Source: an uncultured Pseudomonadota bacterium
GTDB taxonomy: Bacteria > Oederibacteriota > Muellerivitia > Muellerivitales > Muellerivitaceae
Length of the DNA: 64,000 bases
Assembly: GCA_963843375.1 (NCBI GenBank)
Contig: CAWJKT010000029.1
Coordinates: 13,710-77,709, forward strand
Direction: 5' to 3'
Shown: positions 9,723 to 20,319 of the stretch, in pieces
Numbering within the stretch: position 1 is the first letter of the stretch
Layout: every line of letters starts with the position of its first letter
Notes under the pieces: generated by a model
The model's input: only the letters and a program-made list of their open reading frames with translations
Database searches by the model: none
Told to the model about the DNA's origin: nothing
Made by a program: the position numbers and the translations under genes

Positions 9723-10418
9723 ATGGCCCACAAATATTTAATTCTTATGATTGAGGATGAAAAACCGATCAGGCGGTTCCTGAAGCCCTATCTGGAAAGC
9801 CACGATTTTAAAGTGATTGAGGCGGCTAACGCCCGGGAAGGTCAGGCCCTGGCTTCTTCCCATAAACCGGATTTGATTCTTTTGGACTTAGGATTGCCCG
9901 ATGAGGATGGACTGGTAGTCCTGCGCCGCCTTCGGGAATGGTCCCAGGTACCCGTTATCATCCTGACCGCAAGAGGCAAGGAAAAGGAAAAAGTGGAGGG
10001 ACTGGACGCGGGGGCCGACGATTATCTCGCCAAGCCCTTTGACGTCGAGGAACTGATGGCCCGTATTCGCGTGGCCTTGAAGCACCTAAACAGCATGAAA
10101 CAACAAAATGACACCCCGGTTTTTGAGACCCCGGATTTCAAGGTGGATTTGGCGGCCCGTATCGTCAAGGTCGGGGGAAATGAAGTTCACCTGACCCCAA
10201 ATGAGTTCAGTCTTTTGGCCTTCTTGGTCCGGCACGCGGGCAAAGTGGTCACCCAAAAGCTGATTATCAACGAGATCTGGGGGCCCACCAGCGACGACCA
10301 GGGGCGCTCCTTGAGGCTATATATCCACCTGTTGCGCCAAAAGATAGAAACCGATCCCGCTCTTCCAAAGTACATCCTGACCGAACCCGGAGTGGGTTAC
10401 CGTTTGAAGTACCAGTAA
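9723..10418 (+). CDS. kdpE: KdpE response regulator (OmpR family), copy 1
   Basis: REC domain (LLDLGLPD, GADDYLAKPF) plus winged helix ending ILTEPGVGYRL. Confidence 0.92.
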   Translation: MAHKYLILMIEDEKPIRRFLKPYLESHDFKVIEAANAREGQALASSHKPDLILLDLGLPDEDGLVVLRRLREWSQVPVIILTARGKEKEKVEGLDAGADDYLAKPFDVEELMARIRVALKHLNSMKQQNDTPVFETPDFKVDLAARIVKVGGNEVHLTPNEFSLLAFLVRHAGKVVTQKLIINEIWGPTSDDQGRSLRLYIHLLRQKIETDPALPKYILTEPGVGYRLKYQ

Positions 10419-10658
10419 ATCTTTATCCAATTCCCTTTCGGAAAAATAAAGAAATGATGAACAAGGCGCTGGCTTGGAGTTGAAGCGCAAAATAAGTTTT
10501 TCCTTTGCCATTCGAAAAGGACGAAGGAGAGAGAGGAAGTGAAGTCTCGCGAAGAAAAAGAGGGAGATCTCCCCCGCCTTGGTGAGCGGATTCAATAGAT
10601 TAGTTGGAACGGGCTTGAAAAATACAATCATGTCAATTCGCGAAAGGCGGGTGTTGTT

Positions 10659-12290
10659 ATGAAGTCGAGAGAACTTAAAAAAAGGACAGGCCAAGGAATA
10701 TCATTATTGCTTTTTTTGGCTATAGCCGTCATCGGATTATGGGGAAAAGTCTGGGCGGAGGAGGCTGTTGCCACAACGCCAGCGGCCACGCCGGTTGCCG
10801 CGGCGCCCGCCTCCCTGATGGGCTTCATGAATTATGCCGACTTCACTTGGGTGAACGGAAACACCCATGAGGTTGATTTTCCTTTGGCGGGGAAAGTTTT
10901 CACGCCCGAGTTCCTTTTCGACTCCAATTACTGTTACGATTTTTCCCGTGCGAATGACCATAATATATCCGGGTCCACCTGTACGAATCTGAGTGGCCAG
11001 GTCGTTGTCGAACATTTGGGTTTTGGGGGTGACGCCTACATCGATAACGCCCATTTGCGCATTATGACCGAGTTTGGAATGTATGCCACCGAGGTGCCCA
11101 GGGATGATGAGACCCCGGCCCGGGGTTCTTGGGCTGTGGTACCGGGGGTCCAGTATCTCACCGAAGCCTTTGGAGGTTACCACTTCGATGTTGCGGGGAC
11201 GGATGGGATCAATGTCGACTTAGGCCAGTTTCCCTCTTATGTCGGTCTTTACAGCTTCTATGACTCGGAAAACTGGACCTACCAGGCTTCCTACGTTTCC
11301 TCCAATACACCCTGGTTTTTCACGGGTATGCGTGTTCAGTTGTTCCCCAGTGATTATTTCAAATTGGAACTTTGGGCCATCAACGGGTGGCAGACCTACG
11401 GCATTTTCGACGAAGGCTTGGGAGGCTCGGGACTCAATTACGGCTTTGAAGTCCGCGCTGCGCCAAACCCTTCGCTGGTCCTGATCTCGAATGATTACGT
11501 CGGGCCGGATAATGCCGATTCTCCGAACTGCATCAAGTCCCATACGGATGACAGCATCATCTGCAAGTATTTCGACAATCCGAAATCAAACGGTCTGGAT
11601 AAGATGGCCTTCTCCTTGACTTGCGATGCGGGTATGCAACAAGGGCCTTTGTATGTGGGTCCGAGCGCGCCGTTATACGACAGTGAAAGTACCGTATACG
11701 GCGGGGGTAACGGCACGGGTTTTGGACCAAGTTATGGGCCCATCAATGCGCCTTATGCCACTGTTGGTCCGAGTGGCTGGGTTACGGTCGGTCCCGGGAA
11801 CAAACCCGGGCAGTACGCGGAGTATTTCCTGGGGGCCATGGCCTATAACCGTATGTGGTTCGCCCACGACACCATCGCCTTTACGTTTGGCGGAGGTTGG
11901 ATGGATAATCCCGGACGTTATCTGGCGCTTCTTCCGGTGATCGATGGGGATACGGCCGGCAATTACGGCAGTGATCCTGTCGCCACGGCTGCTTTTAACG
12001 AATCGCCGGGCGTCCCCTGGCAAGCATGGGATTACGATTTAAGCTTACAGATTATGCCAAACGAATATCTCACATTCGGTTTGGAGTATACGCATCGTTC
12101 CTCCAGCGTACCTTACTTCGTTGGGCCTGGGGGCATCACTTCCACCGATGGATGGGGACCGGGCGCGGGTACTTCAAGCATCAATGTCAGCACGGCTCCC
12201 GGTACTCCGAATGGTACCTACACTTCCTATCATCCCGACCTGGTGACCTACGAAGATTTGATCGTGGGCGCGATTATGGTCCATATTTAA
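10659..12290 (+). CDS. Outer-membrane beta-barrel protein, copy 2
   Basis: Clear full-length paralog of 7811..9463. Confidence 0.8.
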   Translation: MKSRELKKRTGQGISLLLFLAIAVIGLWGKVWAEEAVATTPAATPVAAAPASLMGFMNYADFTWVNGNTHEVDFPLAGKVFTPEFLFDSNYCYDFSRANDHNISGSTCTNLSGQVVVEHLGFGGDAYIDNAHLRIMTEFGMYATEVPRDDETPARGSWAVVPGVQYLTEAFGGYHFDVAGTDGINVDLGQFPSYVGLYSFYDSENWTYQASYVSSNTPWFFTGMRVQLFPSDYFKLELWAINGWQTYGIFDEGLGGSGLNYGFEVRAAPNPSLVLISNDYVGPDNADSPNCIKSHTDDSIICKYFDNPKSNGLDKMAFSLTCDAGMQQGPLYVGPSAPLYDSESTVYGGGNGTGFGPSYGPINAPYATVGPSGWVTVGPGNKPGQYAEYFLGAMAYNRMWFAHDTIAFTFGGGWMDNPGRYLALLPVIDGDTAGNYGSDPVATAAFNESPGVPWQAWDYDLSLQIMPNEYLTFGLEYTHRSSSVPYFVGPGGITSTDGWGPGAGTSSINVSTAPGTPNGTYTSYHPDLVTYEDLIVGAIMVHI

Positions 12291-12388
12291 ACCTGAGGTT
12301 TTGGATGAATTTTGGAAGAAAGTTAAATAAAACTTCGGTCTGAGTTTTAACGATAGGTCACAAGTCTTTTCTCTTAGTTGAGAAAGCA

Positions 12389-12418
12389 GGGATGGTTCTT
12401 CGGAGCCGTCCCTTTTTT
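12389..12418 (+). terminator. Intrinsic terminator
   Basis: GGGATGGTTC-TTCG-GAGCCGTCCC-TTTTTT. Confidence 0.85.
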
Positions 12419-12931
12419 ATTGGGCGCTAAAAAGTCCGATTTGCGAACTTTTCCCCTGCGTTTTTGAAAATAACCGAAACGGGTTTCGGGGCCCTAATTC
12501 ATTGATGAATTCCCAACCATATGAATTATGAATATAGAAGGTTCTTTTCTTCAAACAGCCACATTGAACGGGGGATTCAATGTTCGCGAAACAATGGGCG
12601 AGTTTTATAAATCCATCAAAGCAATTCCGTCTTAACAAAACCATAACCTTTAAACGGCAATCTTTATGGATTACTAATGCGCCGTTGTTTTATGATCCGC
12701 TCTCGTAAACACAAAAAGAGATTTTTTTCGGCGAATTAAAAAGTGGAAATTAATTTTTAAAATAATTTTTTAACCGTTTGGATAATTGGTTACATCGGCC
12801 ATTCATTTTAAATTTTATAAAGAATTAGTTAGGAAATGTTAAAAAGAACAATTAAGGGCAGACACGAACAAATTTGTGTTTTCACTTTAGAGTTTGGTTT
12901 TCGTTTTTAAGGCAATAGCGCGTTGTTAGGA

Positions 12932-12948
12932 TTGGCATGAGTGTTGCT
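12932..12948 (+). promoter_or_regulatory. sigma54 promoter of porin 3
   Basis: TTGGCATGAGTGTTGCT, identical to the site at 7605. Confidence 0.8.
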
Positions 12949-13129
12949 TTGAGGTTAAGCGCTTATAGGTTCCGGGTTGAAGAAATTCAAGTTCCGGATG
13001 GAGGGAAGAGAAGAGCTGGGAATCAAAGCTGAAAAAGGAGGGGCGCTTTCCCGGAGGGCCAGAACTGGCCTGAAAGGGGGCGAGTTCCTCAAATTTAACC
13101 CTGGAAATTGGGGAAAGGTTGGTGTTTTT

Positions 13130-14776
13130 ATGAGGTCGAAAAAGATTAAAAAAAGGATGGGCCAAGGAATTTCGCTATTCCTTTTCATGGCGGTAGCCTT
13201 ATTTGGATGGGGTGGTAAAGCCTGGGCAGACGCAGCAGCCACGCCCGCGGCTACGCCTGCGGCGACGGCAGCCGCGCCCACTTCATTGATGGGCTTCATG
13301 AATTACGCAGACTTCACATGGGTGAACGGTAACACCCACGAGGTGGACTTCCCCTTGGCGGGGAAAGTTTGGTCACCGGAGTTCCTTTTCGACACAAACT
13401 ACGCCTACGATTTCGCTAAGCCGAATGACCATGCGATTTCGGGGTCCACTTGTACTAACATCAGCAATCAGGTGGTGCTTGAACATTTTGGATTTGGCGG
13501 TGATGCGTGGATCGACAATGTCCATTTGCGGTTAATGACCGAATTCGGAATGTATTCCACTGAGGTTCCGAGGGACGATGAGACCCCGGCTAGGGGCTCC
13601 TGGAACGTCATAACGGGAACCCAGTATCTCACCGAGGCTTACGGCGGTTATCACTTCGATATACCGGGAACGGATGGAATTAACATCGATTTTGGCCAGT
13701 TTCCGTCCTATGTCGGCCTTTACAGCTTCTATGACTCGGAAAACTGGACCTACCAAGCGTCTTATGTGTCATCCAACACTCCCTGGTTCTTCACGGGGGA
13801 ACGCACGCAGATTTTCCCGGATGACCATTTAAAAATAGAGCTCTGGCTCATCAACGGCTGGCAGACCTACAACGAATTTGATGAAGGGTTGGGAGGCTCG
13901 GGCCTCAATTACGGATGTGAAATCCGTGCCGCACCGAACCCAGGGCTAGTCTTGATTTCCAACAATTACGTTGGTCCGGACAACCCCGACTCACCACAAT
14001 GTATCAAGTCCCACACGGACGACAGCATTGTGTGCAAATATTTCGATGACCCGAAATCAGGCGGTCTGGACAAGATGGCCTTCTCCTTGACTTGCGACGC
14101 GGGTATGCAACAAGGGCCTTTGTATGTGGGAGGGTCACCCACTAGTCCTGCAGCCATATATGACAGCGAAAGCACGGTATATGGTAACGGTCCTTCAGAC
14201 ATAGGAATTGGGGAAAATGGAAACCCGACGGGTTATGGGCCCATTAATGCGCCGGCTTATAGCGTCTCAAGCGCCTACGTCACGGTTGGTCCCGGAAATA
14301 AACCCGGCCAATACGCCGAATATTTCCTGGGAGCCATGTGTTACGACCGTATGTGGTTTGCCCACGATACCCTTGCCTTTACGGTTGGGGGTGGCTGGAT
14401 GACGAACCCGGGACGTTACCTTGCTCTGCTTCCCCCTGTTGATGGGGATACGGCCGCCACTTATGGCAGTGATCCCATCGCCACAGCCGCTTTCAACGAG
14501 GAACCTGGGCTTCCTTGGACCTGTTGGGATTACGACATCAGTTTACAAATCATGACCAACGAGTACATCACCTGGGATTTGGAATATACCCATCGCAATT
14601 CCAGCATTCCATACTTCGTCGGGCCGGGTGGCGTCACTTCCTCCGACGGATGGACAACGGGAGCGGCCACGGGGTCAACCCAAGCCAACGGGGGCGGGGG
14701 TACCTTTACTTCTTATCATCCCGATCTCGTGACCTACGAGGATATCCTTGTTGGATCGGTCATGATTCATATCTAG
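13130..14776 (+). CDS. Outer-membrane beta-barrel protein, copy 3
   Basis: Closest paralog of copy 1; start placed by homology (MRSKKIKKR). Confidence 0.8.
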   Translation: MRSKKIKKRMGQGISLFLFMAVALFGWGGKAWADAAATPAATPAATAAAPTSLMGFMNYADFTWVNGNTHEVDFPLAGKVWSPEFLFDTNYAYDFAKPNDHAISGSTCTNISNQVVLEHFGFGGDAWIDNVHLRLMTEFGMYSTEVPRDDETPARGSWNVITGTQYLTEAYGGYHFDIPGTDGINIDFGQFPSYVGLYSFYDSENWTYQASYVSSNTPWFFTGERTQIFPDDHLKIELWLINGWQTYNEFDEGLGGSGLNYGCEIRAAPNPGLVLISNNYVGPDNPDSPQCIKSHTDDSIVCKYFDDPKSGGLDKMAFSLTCDAGMQQGPLYVGGSPTSPAAIYDSESTVYGNGPSDIGIGENGNPTGYGPINAPAYSVSSAYVTVGPGNKPGQYAEYFLGAMCYDRMWFAHDTLAFTVGGGWMTNPGRYLALLPPVDGDTAATYGSDPIATAAFNEEPGLPWTCWDYDISLQIMTNEYITWDLEYTHRNSSIPYFVGPGGVTSSDGWTTGAATGSTQANGGGGTFTSYHPDLVTYEDILVGSVMIHI

Positions 14777-14874
14777 GTGAATTTTGGAACGAGTATGAAA
14801 ATAGGATCAAAGTGAAGTGTCGGGCTGGAACTCAGGGATCCGGCCCGGCGCTCTCTCCTTCTAGTTGAAAGTTG

Positions 14875-14908
14875 GGGACGGTTCTTCGGAGCCGTCCCTT
14901 TCCTTTTT
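14875..14908 (+). terminator. Intrinsic terminator
   Basis: GGGACGGTTC-TTCG-GAGCCGTCCC then Ts. Confidence 0.85.
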
Positions 14909-15066
14909 CAGGGTAAATATTTGATAACATTTGTGAAATAAATATGCAACTAACGGGAAATCCATTCATAAAAAAATTAAAAGGTTATAATAAGTCTCGT
15001 ACCGGTTTCGAGTTTGTTGAAAGGGCTAATAATTATTTTTGGTATTCTGCTAAAGAGGAATGAACG

Positions 15067-15762
15067 ATGTCCAACAAATATTCAGTTCTCATGATTGAAG
15101 ACGAAAAGCCGATCCGGCGGTTTCTGAAGCCCTATTTGGAGAGCCATGATTTCAAAGTCATCGAAGCTGTCAACGCCCAAGAAGGTTTGTCCCTGGCTTC
15201 TTCTCACAAGCCGGATTTGATCCTCTTGGACTTGGGATTGCCCGACCAGGATGGGCTAGTAGTCTTGCGTCGTCTCCGGGAGTGGACTCAGGTACCCGTC
15301 ATCATCCTGACGGCCCGGGGCAAGGAAAAGGAAAAAGTAGAGGGATTGGACGCCGGGGCCGATGATTATCTCGGCAAACCTTTTGATGTCGAGGAACTAA
15401 TGGCCCGCATCCGCGTGGCCTTGAGACATCTAAACAGCATTAAACAACAAGGTGAGGAGCCGGTTTTTGAGACCCACGATTTCAAGGTGGATTTGGCGGC
15501 CCGCATCGTCACCGTCAGGGGAAAAGAGGTTCACCTGACCCCGAATGAATATGGACTTTTGGCTTTTTTGGTCCGGCATGCGGGTAAAGTAGTCACACAA
15601 AAGTTGATTATCAATGAGATATGGGGACCCAATAATGACGACCAGGGGCGTTCCTTACGGCTTTATATCCACCAATTGCGACAAAAAATGGAAGTTGATC
15701 CGGCTCTTCCCAGGTACATTCTCACCGAACCCGGGGTGGGTTACCGGTTGAAATACGAGTAG
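15067..15762 (+). CDS. kdpE: KdpE response regulator, copy 2
   Basis: Close paralog of 9723..10418, same length, directly upstream of kdpD. Confidence 0.93.
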   Translation: MSNKYSVLMIEDEKPIRRFLKPYLESHDFKVIEAVNAQEGLSLASSHKPDLILLDLGLPDQDGLVVLRRLREWTQVPVIILTARGKEKEKVEGLDAGADDYLGKPFDVEELMARIRVALRHLNSIKQQGEEPVFETHDFKVDLAARIVTVRGKEVHLTPNEYGLLAFLVRHAGKVVTQKLIINEIWGPNNDDQGRSLRLYIHQLRQKMEVDPALPRYILTEPGVGYRLKYE

Positions 15763-16041
15763 GTATTTTCAATTCCGCCCATCCGCCCTTCCTGTTCTAA
15801 CTCCAAGGAAGTCTTGGAATTCCCAGCAAAAATTATCAATAATAATAATTTGAACCTTGTTCACCACGAAAAAAATAAGTGTTCGAATTAAGCCACCCAT
15901 ACCATTTCGCTTTTAGGTCTTGAGGGTATTTGGTGGTGAAAAATATTTTTTTAGATTCTCTGGATCTTGTCCTGGTTTCCATTGCGGCAAATGCGGTTAT
16001 AGGGCTCGAAATCGATTGGTCATCAAACTTTGGTGGTGGGA

Positions 16042-18744
16042 ATGAAAGATAAACGTCCAAATCCGGATGAGCTTCTAAAGCAATTCCATGAAGGGGAAAA
16101 GAACCGCAACCGGGGTAAGCTGAAAATTTTCTTCGGCGCCTATCCAGGCGTGGGCAAAACCTTTTCTATGCTGGAAGCCGCGCGCATCAAAAAGGCAGAG
16201 GGGATTGAAGTGGTGGTAGGAATCGTGGATATCCACGACAGCAAAGAGACGGAAGCCCTGTTGCAAGGTATGGAAGTTTTGCCCCACTTGGAAGTTCCGC
16301 AAAAGGGCGATTGTTTATGGGAATTTGACTTAGATGGCGCCTTGAAAAGAAGGCCGGAACTCATCATCGTTGACCACCTAGCCCATACCAATGCCGAAGG
16401 GTTTCGCCACCATAAACGCTGGCAGGACGTGGAAGAGATCCTTGAAAGCGGCATCGATGTCTATACAACCCTGAATGTCCAGCACCTCGAAAGCCTTCAC
16501 GATATCGTCACGCGGCTAACCGATGTCAAGGTCTGGGAAACGATTCCTGACTCAGTGCTGGAGAACGCGGACGAGATGGAATTGGTCGACCTGCCCCCTA
16601 GCGACTTGCTGGAGCGGTTGGAAGAAGGACAGATCTACATTCCCGAAACCCACCAGCCGGCCTTCTGGCATTTTTTCAAGCGGGCTAACCTGGACGCCTT
16701 TCGGGAAATGGCCCTGAGAATCACCACCGATTGGGTGAATGAGCAGGTTCAAGTCCATCATCGGGGAATGGCTACCGCCCAAGCTTGGCCCATTCGGGAA
16801 CACCTTTTGGTCTGCCTGAGCGCCAGCCCTACTGCGGCTAAATTGGTGCGGGCTGGCCATCGAATGGCCAAAAGCCTCAGAGCGAACTGGACTGCCGTTT
16901 ATGTCGAAACCTTTTTGCATACAAAAGACAGGGGTGAAAGGGAGGCCTTGGCCATCCAAAATCTCCGATTAGCGGAGCGGTTAGGAGCTGAAACCGCCAT
17001 TTTGACAGGATCGGATTTTACCGAGGAAGTCCTCACCTACGCCAAGGACAAAGAAATTACCAAGATCATCATTGGACAAGCACCAAAGCCTTCCTGGCGC
17101 TCTCCTTTTCCCAACACCCTGATTGACAAGCTTTTGCGCGATTGCGGGGATATCGACGTCATCGTGACCCGGGGAGAACCGGATAATCCAAGTTCAACAA
17201 GAACAGTTGCCGAAAAGGTCCCTTTCAAATGGGATTGGAAGAGTTACGCTTATTCCCTCCTCCAAGTCATCCTTTGCACGGGGATTTGCGAAATCCTTTT
17301 TCATTACATGCGTTCCACCAATGAAACCATGATTCATGTCAACCAAATCATGGTTTACCTCATGGGCATAACGGTTTTATCCGCGTTCCAAGGAATAGGG
17401 CCTTCCATATTGTCCTGTTACCTCAGCGTTACGGCCTTCGACTTTTTTTTCGTGCCGCCCCTTTATACCCTCACCGTTTATGACAGCCAGTACGTCATTA
17501 TCTTTTTCGCCATGCTGGGAGTCGGGATTTTCATCAGTACCCTAACGGTAAGGTTCCAAATTCAAAACCGTCTTTCCCGTTTGCGGGAAAGACGCACCGA
17601 GGCTCTATACGCTCTTTCCAGGGAATTGGCCTCGACCCGGGGGTCCGCCGAACTTTTGGAAAAAGCGGTAAAACATATTTCGGAGATTTTTGAGAGTTCG
17701 GTTTTGGCTTTCTTGCCAAACGCACATGGACGGCTGGAGGTGCATTCGGGAAAAACGGTCGATTTTAATCTTTCCAGCAAGGAAATGGGGGTAGCCCAAT
17801 GGGCCTATGATCTGGGGCAAATGGCGGGAAAAGGAACGGAAACCCTCTCGGATGCGGAAGCCCTTTATGTTCCGTTGATGGCCTCGGGAGAGCCCGTGGG
17901 AGCCTTGAGCGTCAAATCCCGATTTCCGGACCGTTTGTTCATACCCGAGCAACTGCAATTATTGGAGGCTTTCGCCCATCAGACGGCCATCGCGGTTTTG
18001 GGGGATAAAATGGCCGAGGAAAAACAACACGCCCAATTGCAGATGGAAACGGAAAAGTTACGGAGCTCCCTTTTAAGCTCCGTATCCCATGACTTGCGTA
18101 CCCCTTTGGCCACTATCAAGGGATCGATTGGGGGACTGCTGGAATCGGGTGAAACTATGGAAGTTGCCACTCGCAGAGATTTCCTAGAGAACATCCATGA
18201 TGAAACGGACCGTTTGGAAAGGCTGGTGACCAACCTCTTGGAGATGACCCAGTTGGAGGCGGGAGCCATCCAGCCTCGCAAGGAACCCAATGACCCAGTG
18301 GATGTGATTGGGTCGGCGGTGGCAAGGGTCCAAAAAAGGCTGGAAGGTCGGAAACTGGAACTGCGCGTGCCGCCCGACATGCCCCTGGTTCCCATGGATG
18401 GCATTTTAATAGGCCAGGTGGTGACCAACCTGTTGGACAACGCCGCCAAATATACCCCCGAGGGAAGTCCAATTGAAATTTCCTCCTGGATTGACGAAAA
18501 CCAGTGGGTGGTCCAGGTCTCCGACCGCGGTCCCGGTGTTCCGGAACAAGACTTGCCTCATTTGTTCGATAAATTCTATAGGGGTCCTCAAAAAGAAAAC
18601 AAAAGCGGGGCCGGGCTTGGTTTGGCCATTTGCCAGGGGATCGTGGATATCCACGGGGGAAACCTGACTGCGGAAAACCGTTCGGAAGGCGGGATGTTTT
18701 TTCGGTTGGTCTTACCCTTGGAAAAAGAGATAAATAAAGACTAA
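16042..18744 (+). CDS. kdpD: Sensor histidine kinase KdpD (KdpD-USP-4TM-GAF-HisKA-HATPase)
   Basis: RGKLKIFFGAYPGVGKT, KRWQDVEE, SHDLRTPL and GAGLGLAIC motifs. Confidence 0.96.
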   Translation: MKDKRPNPDELLKQFHEGEKNRNRGKLKIFFGAYPGVGKTFSMLEAARIKKAEGIEVVVGIVDIHDSKETEALLQGMEVLPHLEVPQKGDCLWEFDLDGALKRRPELIIVDHLAHTNAEGFRHHKRWQDVEEILESGIDVYTTLNVQHLESLHDIVTRLTDVKVWETIPDSVLENADEMELVDLPPSDLLERLEEGQIYIPETHQPAFWHFFKRANLDAFREMALRITTDWVNEQVQVHHRGMATAQAWPIREHLLVCLSASPTAAKLVRAGHRMAKSLRANWTAVYVETFLHTKDRGEREALAIQNLRLAERLGAETAILTGSDFTEEVLTYAKDKEITKIIIGQAPKPSWRSPFPNTLIDKLLRDCGDIDVIVTRGEPDNPSSTRTVAEKVPFKWDWKSYAYSLLQVILCTGICEILFHYMRSTNETMIHVNQIMVYLMGITVLSAFQGIGPSILSCYLSVTAFDFFFVPPLYTLTVYDSQYVIIFFAMLGVGIFISTLTVRFQIQNRLSRLRERRTEALYALSRELASTRGSAELLEKAVKHISEIFESSVLAFLPNAHGRLEVHSGKTVDFNLSSKEMGVAQWAYDLGQMAGKGTETLSDAEALYVPLMASGEPVGALSVKSRFPDRLFIPEQLQLLEAFAHQTAIAVLGDKMAEEKQHAQLQMETEKLRSSLLSSVSHDLRTPLATIKGSIGGLLESGETMEVATRRDFLENIHDETDRLERLVTNLLEMTQLEAGAIQPRKEPNDPVDVIGSAVARVQKRLEGRKLELRVPPDMPLVPMDGILIGQVVTNLLDNAAKYTPEGSPIEISSWIDENQWVVQVSDRGPGVPEQDLPHLFDKFYRGPQKENKSGAGLGLAICQGIVDIHGGNLTAENRSEGGMFFRLVLPLEKEINKD

Positions 18745-18916
18745 AAGATTCTAACGAAATCCTTTTGAGCCACGAAGGACATTGAGGTCGCCGAATAAAA
18801 CAAAAGGCAAGCTTGTTTAAACCCCGAAAAATAACGGTTGTTTTTTATTTTATGGGTTAGTTTAAAATTGTTCTTGAAGCTCTCGATGAATTAGAAGAAT
18901 TAGAAAAGGATCATCA

Positions 18917-20126
18917 ATGAATTTTAAAATGAAAAATTGGATTGTGTTTCTAGCTTGGGGCCTTTTGGCCGCGGCCCAGACCCGATCCCAGGAAATCAAC
19001 AATGTCCAATTCAAATTGGACAACCAGAAAAAGGAAGTTCACATTACTTATGATCTATTTGACCCCCAGGAAAGGGCCAACGATGTGATGGTCCAAGCCT
19101 CCAATGACCAAGGAAAAACTTGGGACCTGCTTCCTTCCCCTAAAGTGCTATCCGGTGATGTGCATGGCGTTAAACCCGGAAAAGGAAAAAGTATCGATTG
19201 GAAGGCTGGAGATGATTTCCAGGGGTTCTCCACTGAATTGTTCCAGGTTCGTCTGGTCCTGGTACAGGTGGTAAGTTCAGCTTCCTCGGCAACTACAAAT
19301 CTCGACCCGGTGGCTGAGGCGACACGAGAAGCCGAGGTGGAGGAAAAAGAAAATCAGCTTGAACTAACCAAGTCAAAAGACCTTCCTCAAACCATGACAG
19401 GAAAAGATGGAGCCTCCATGGTTTTGATTCCAGCTGGATATTTCACGATGGGTTCACCCAATGGAAAGGGCGGGAAGGATGAACATCCCGCCCATCGGGT
19501 TTGGGTCAGTGCTTATTACTTGGACCAATATTTGGTGACTTTCAACCAATTTGACAAGTTTTGTGAAGCTACCGGAAGGCAAAAACCGTTAGACGGCATT
19601 ACCCTAACCGTAGCCATCACCAAACATTGGGGAAGGGATCAAAGCCCGGCCATGAATCTTAACTGGTATGAAGCGGAGGCCTATTGCAAGTGGGCGGGTG
19701 GCCGCTTGCCCACGGAAGCGGAGTGGGAAAAAGCTGCGAGAGGCGGAACTGAATCGATTTACTTTTGGGGAAACGACGGGGGTAAAGCGGCCGATTACGC
19801 CTGGTATGACGGAGATTCCCGTTATAAGACTTGGCCTGTGGGGCAATTAAAACCCAACCCTTTTGGATTGTACGATATCGTTGGAAATCTGTGGGAATGG
19901 GTGTCCGACTGGTATGGAGCGGATTATTACGGAGAAAGTCCGGGCCGTAATCCTGCGGGTCCGGAAGAGGGGAGGCTAAAGGTGCTACGGGGAGGATCCT
20001 TCTCAAACGGCCGATGACACCTTGCAGGTGGCGCACCGGAGCAGTTGGGATCCGGAAAAACAAGATGGCGAGGAATTAATGGGCCATCGTTATGAACATG
20101 GCTGCCGTTGCGCATTTACGCCTTAG
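18917..20126 (+). pseudogene. Secreted FGE/SUMF1-domain protein, frameshifted near the C-terminus
   Basis: RLPTEAEWEKAARGG, PNPFGLYDIVGNLWEW and LRGGSF; a shifted frame after about 20010 continues ...GCRCAFTP* to 20126. Confidence 0.75.
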
Positions 20127-20319
20127 AACCTAAAACGAAAATTTTTTTACCAACAATTTCGCCAGACTCTTCGAATCGCAGCGAGTGACACCGGACCAAG
20201 AGCGACGAAAGGCAAAATGTTTTAAATCCAATTTTGTATTCGGCGTGACCTTAATGATCTTGGTGATTTGAATTGTCCTACTTCCTGGGTTTTGTGAGAG
20301 ATTCTTTTTTAATCGGTGT

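Noticed and set aside
12977..13129. N-terminal extension of porin 3
   Set aside because: The frame is not kept in the homologous leader of porin 1, and it would bury the signal peptide.
7811..14776. Diversity-generating retroelement or phase-variable cassette among the porin repeats
   Set aside because: No reverse transcriptase or recombinase is present, differences are not adenine-specific, and all copies are full genes.
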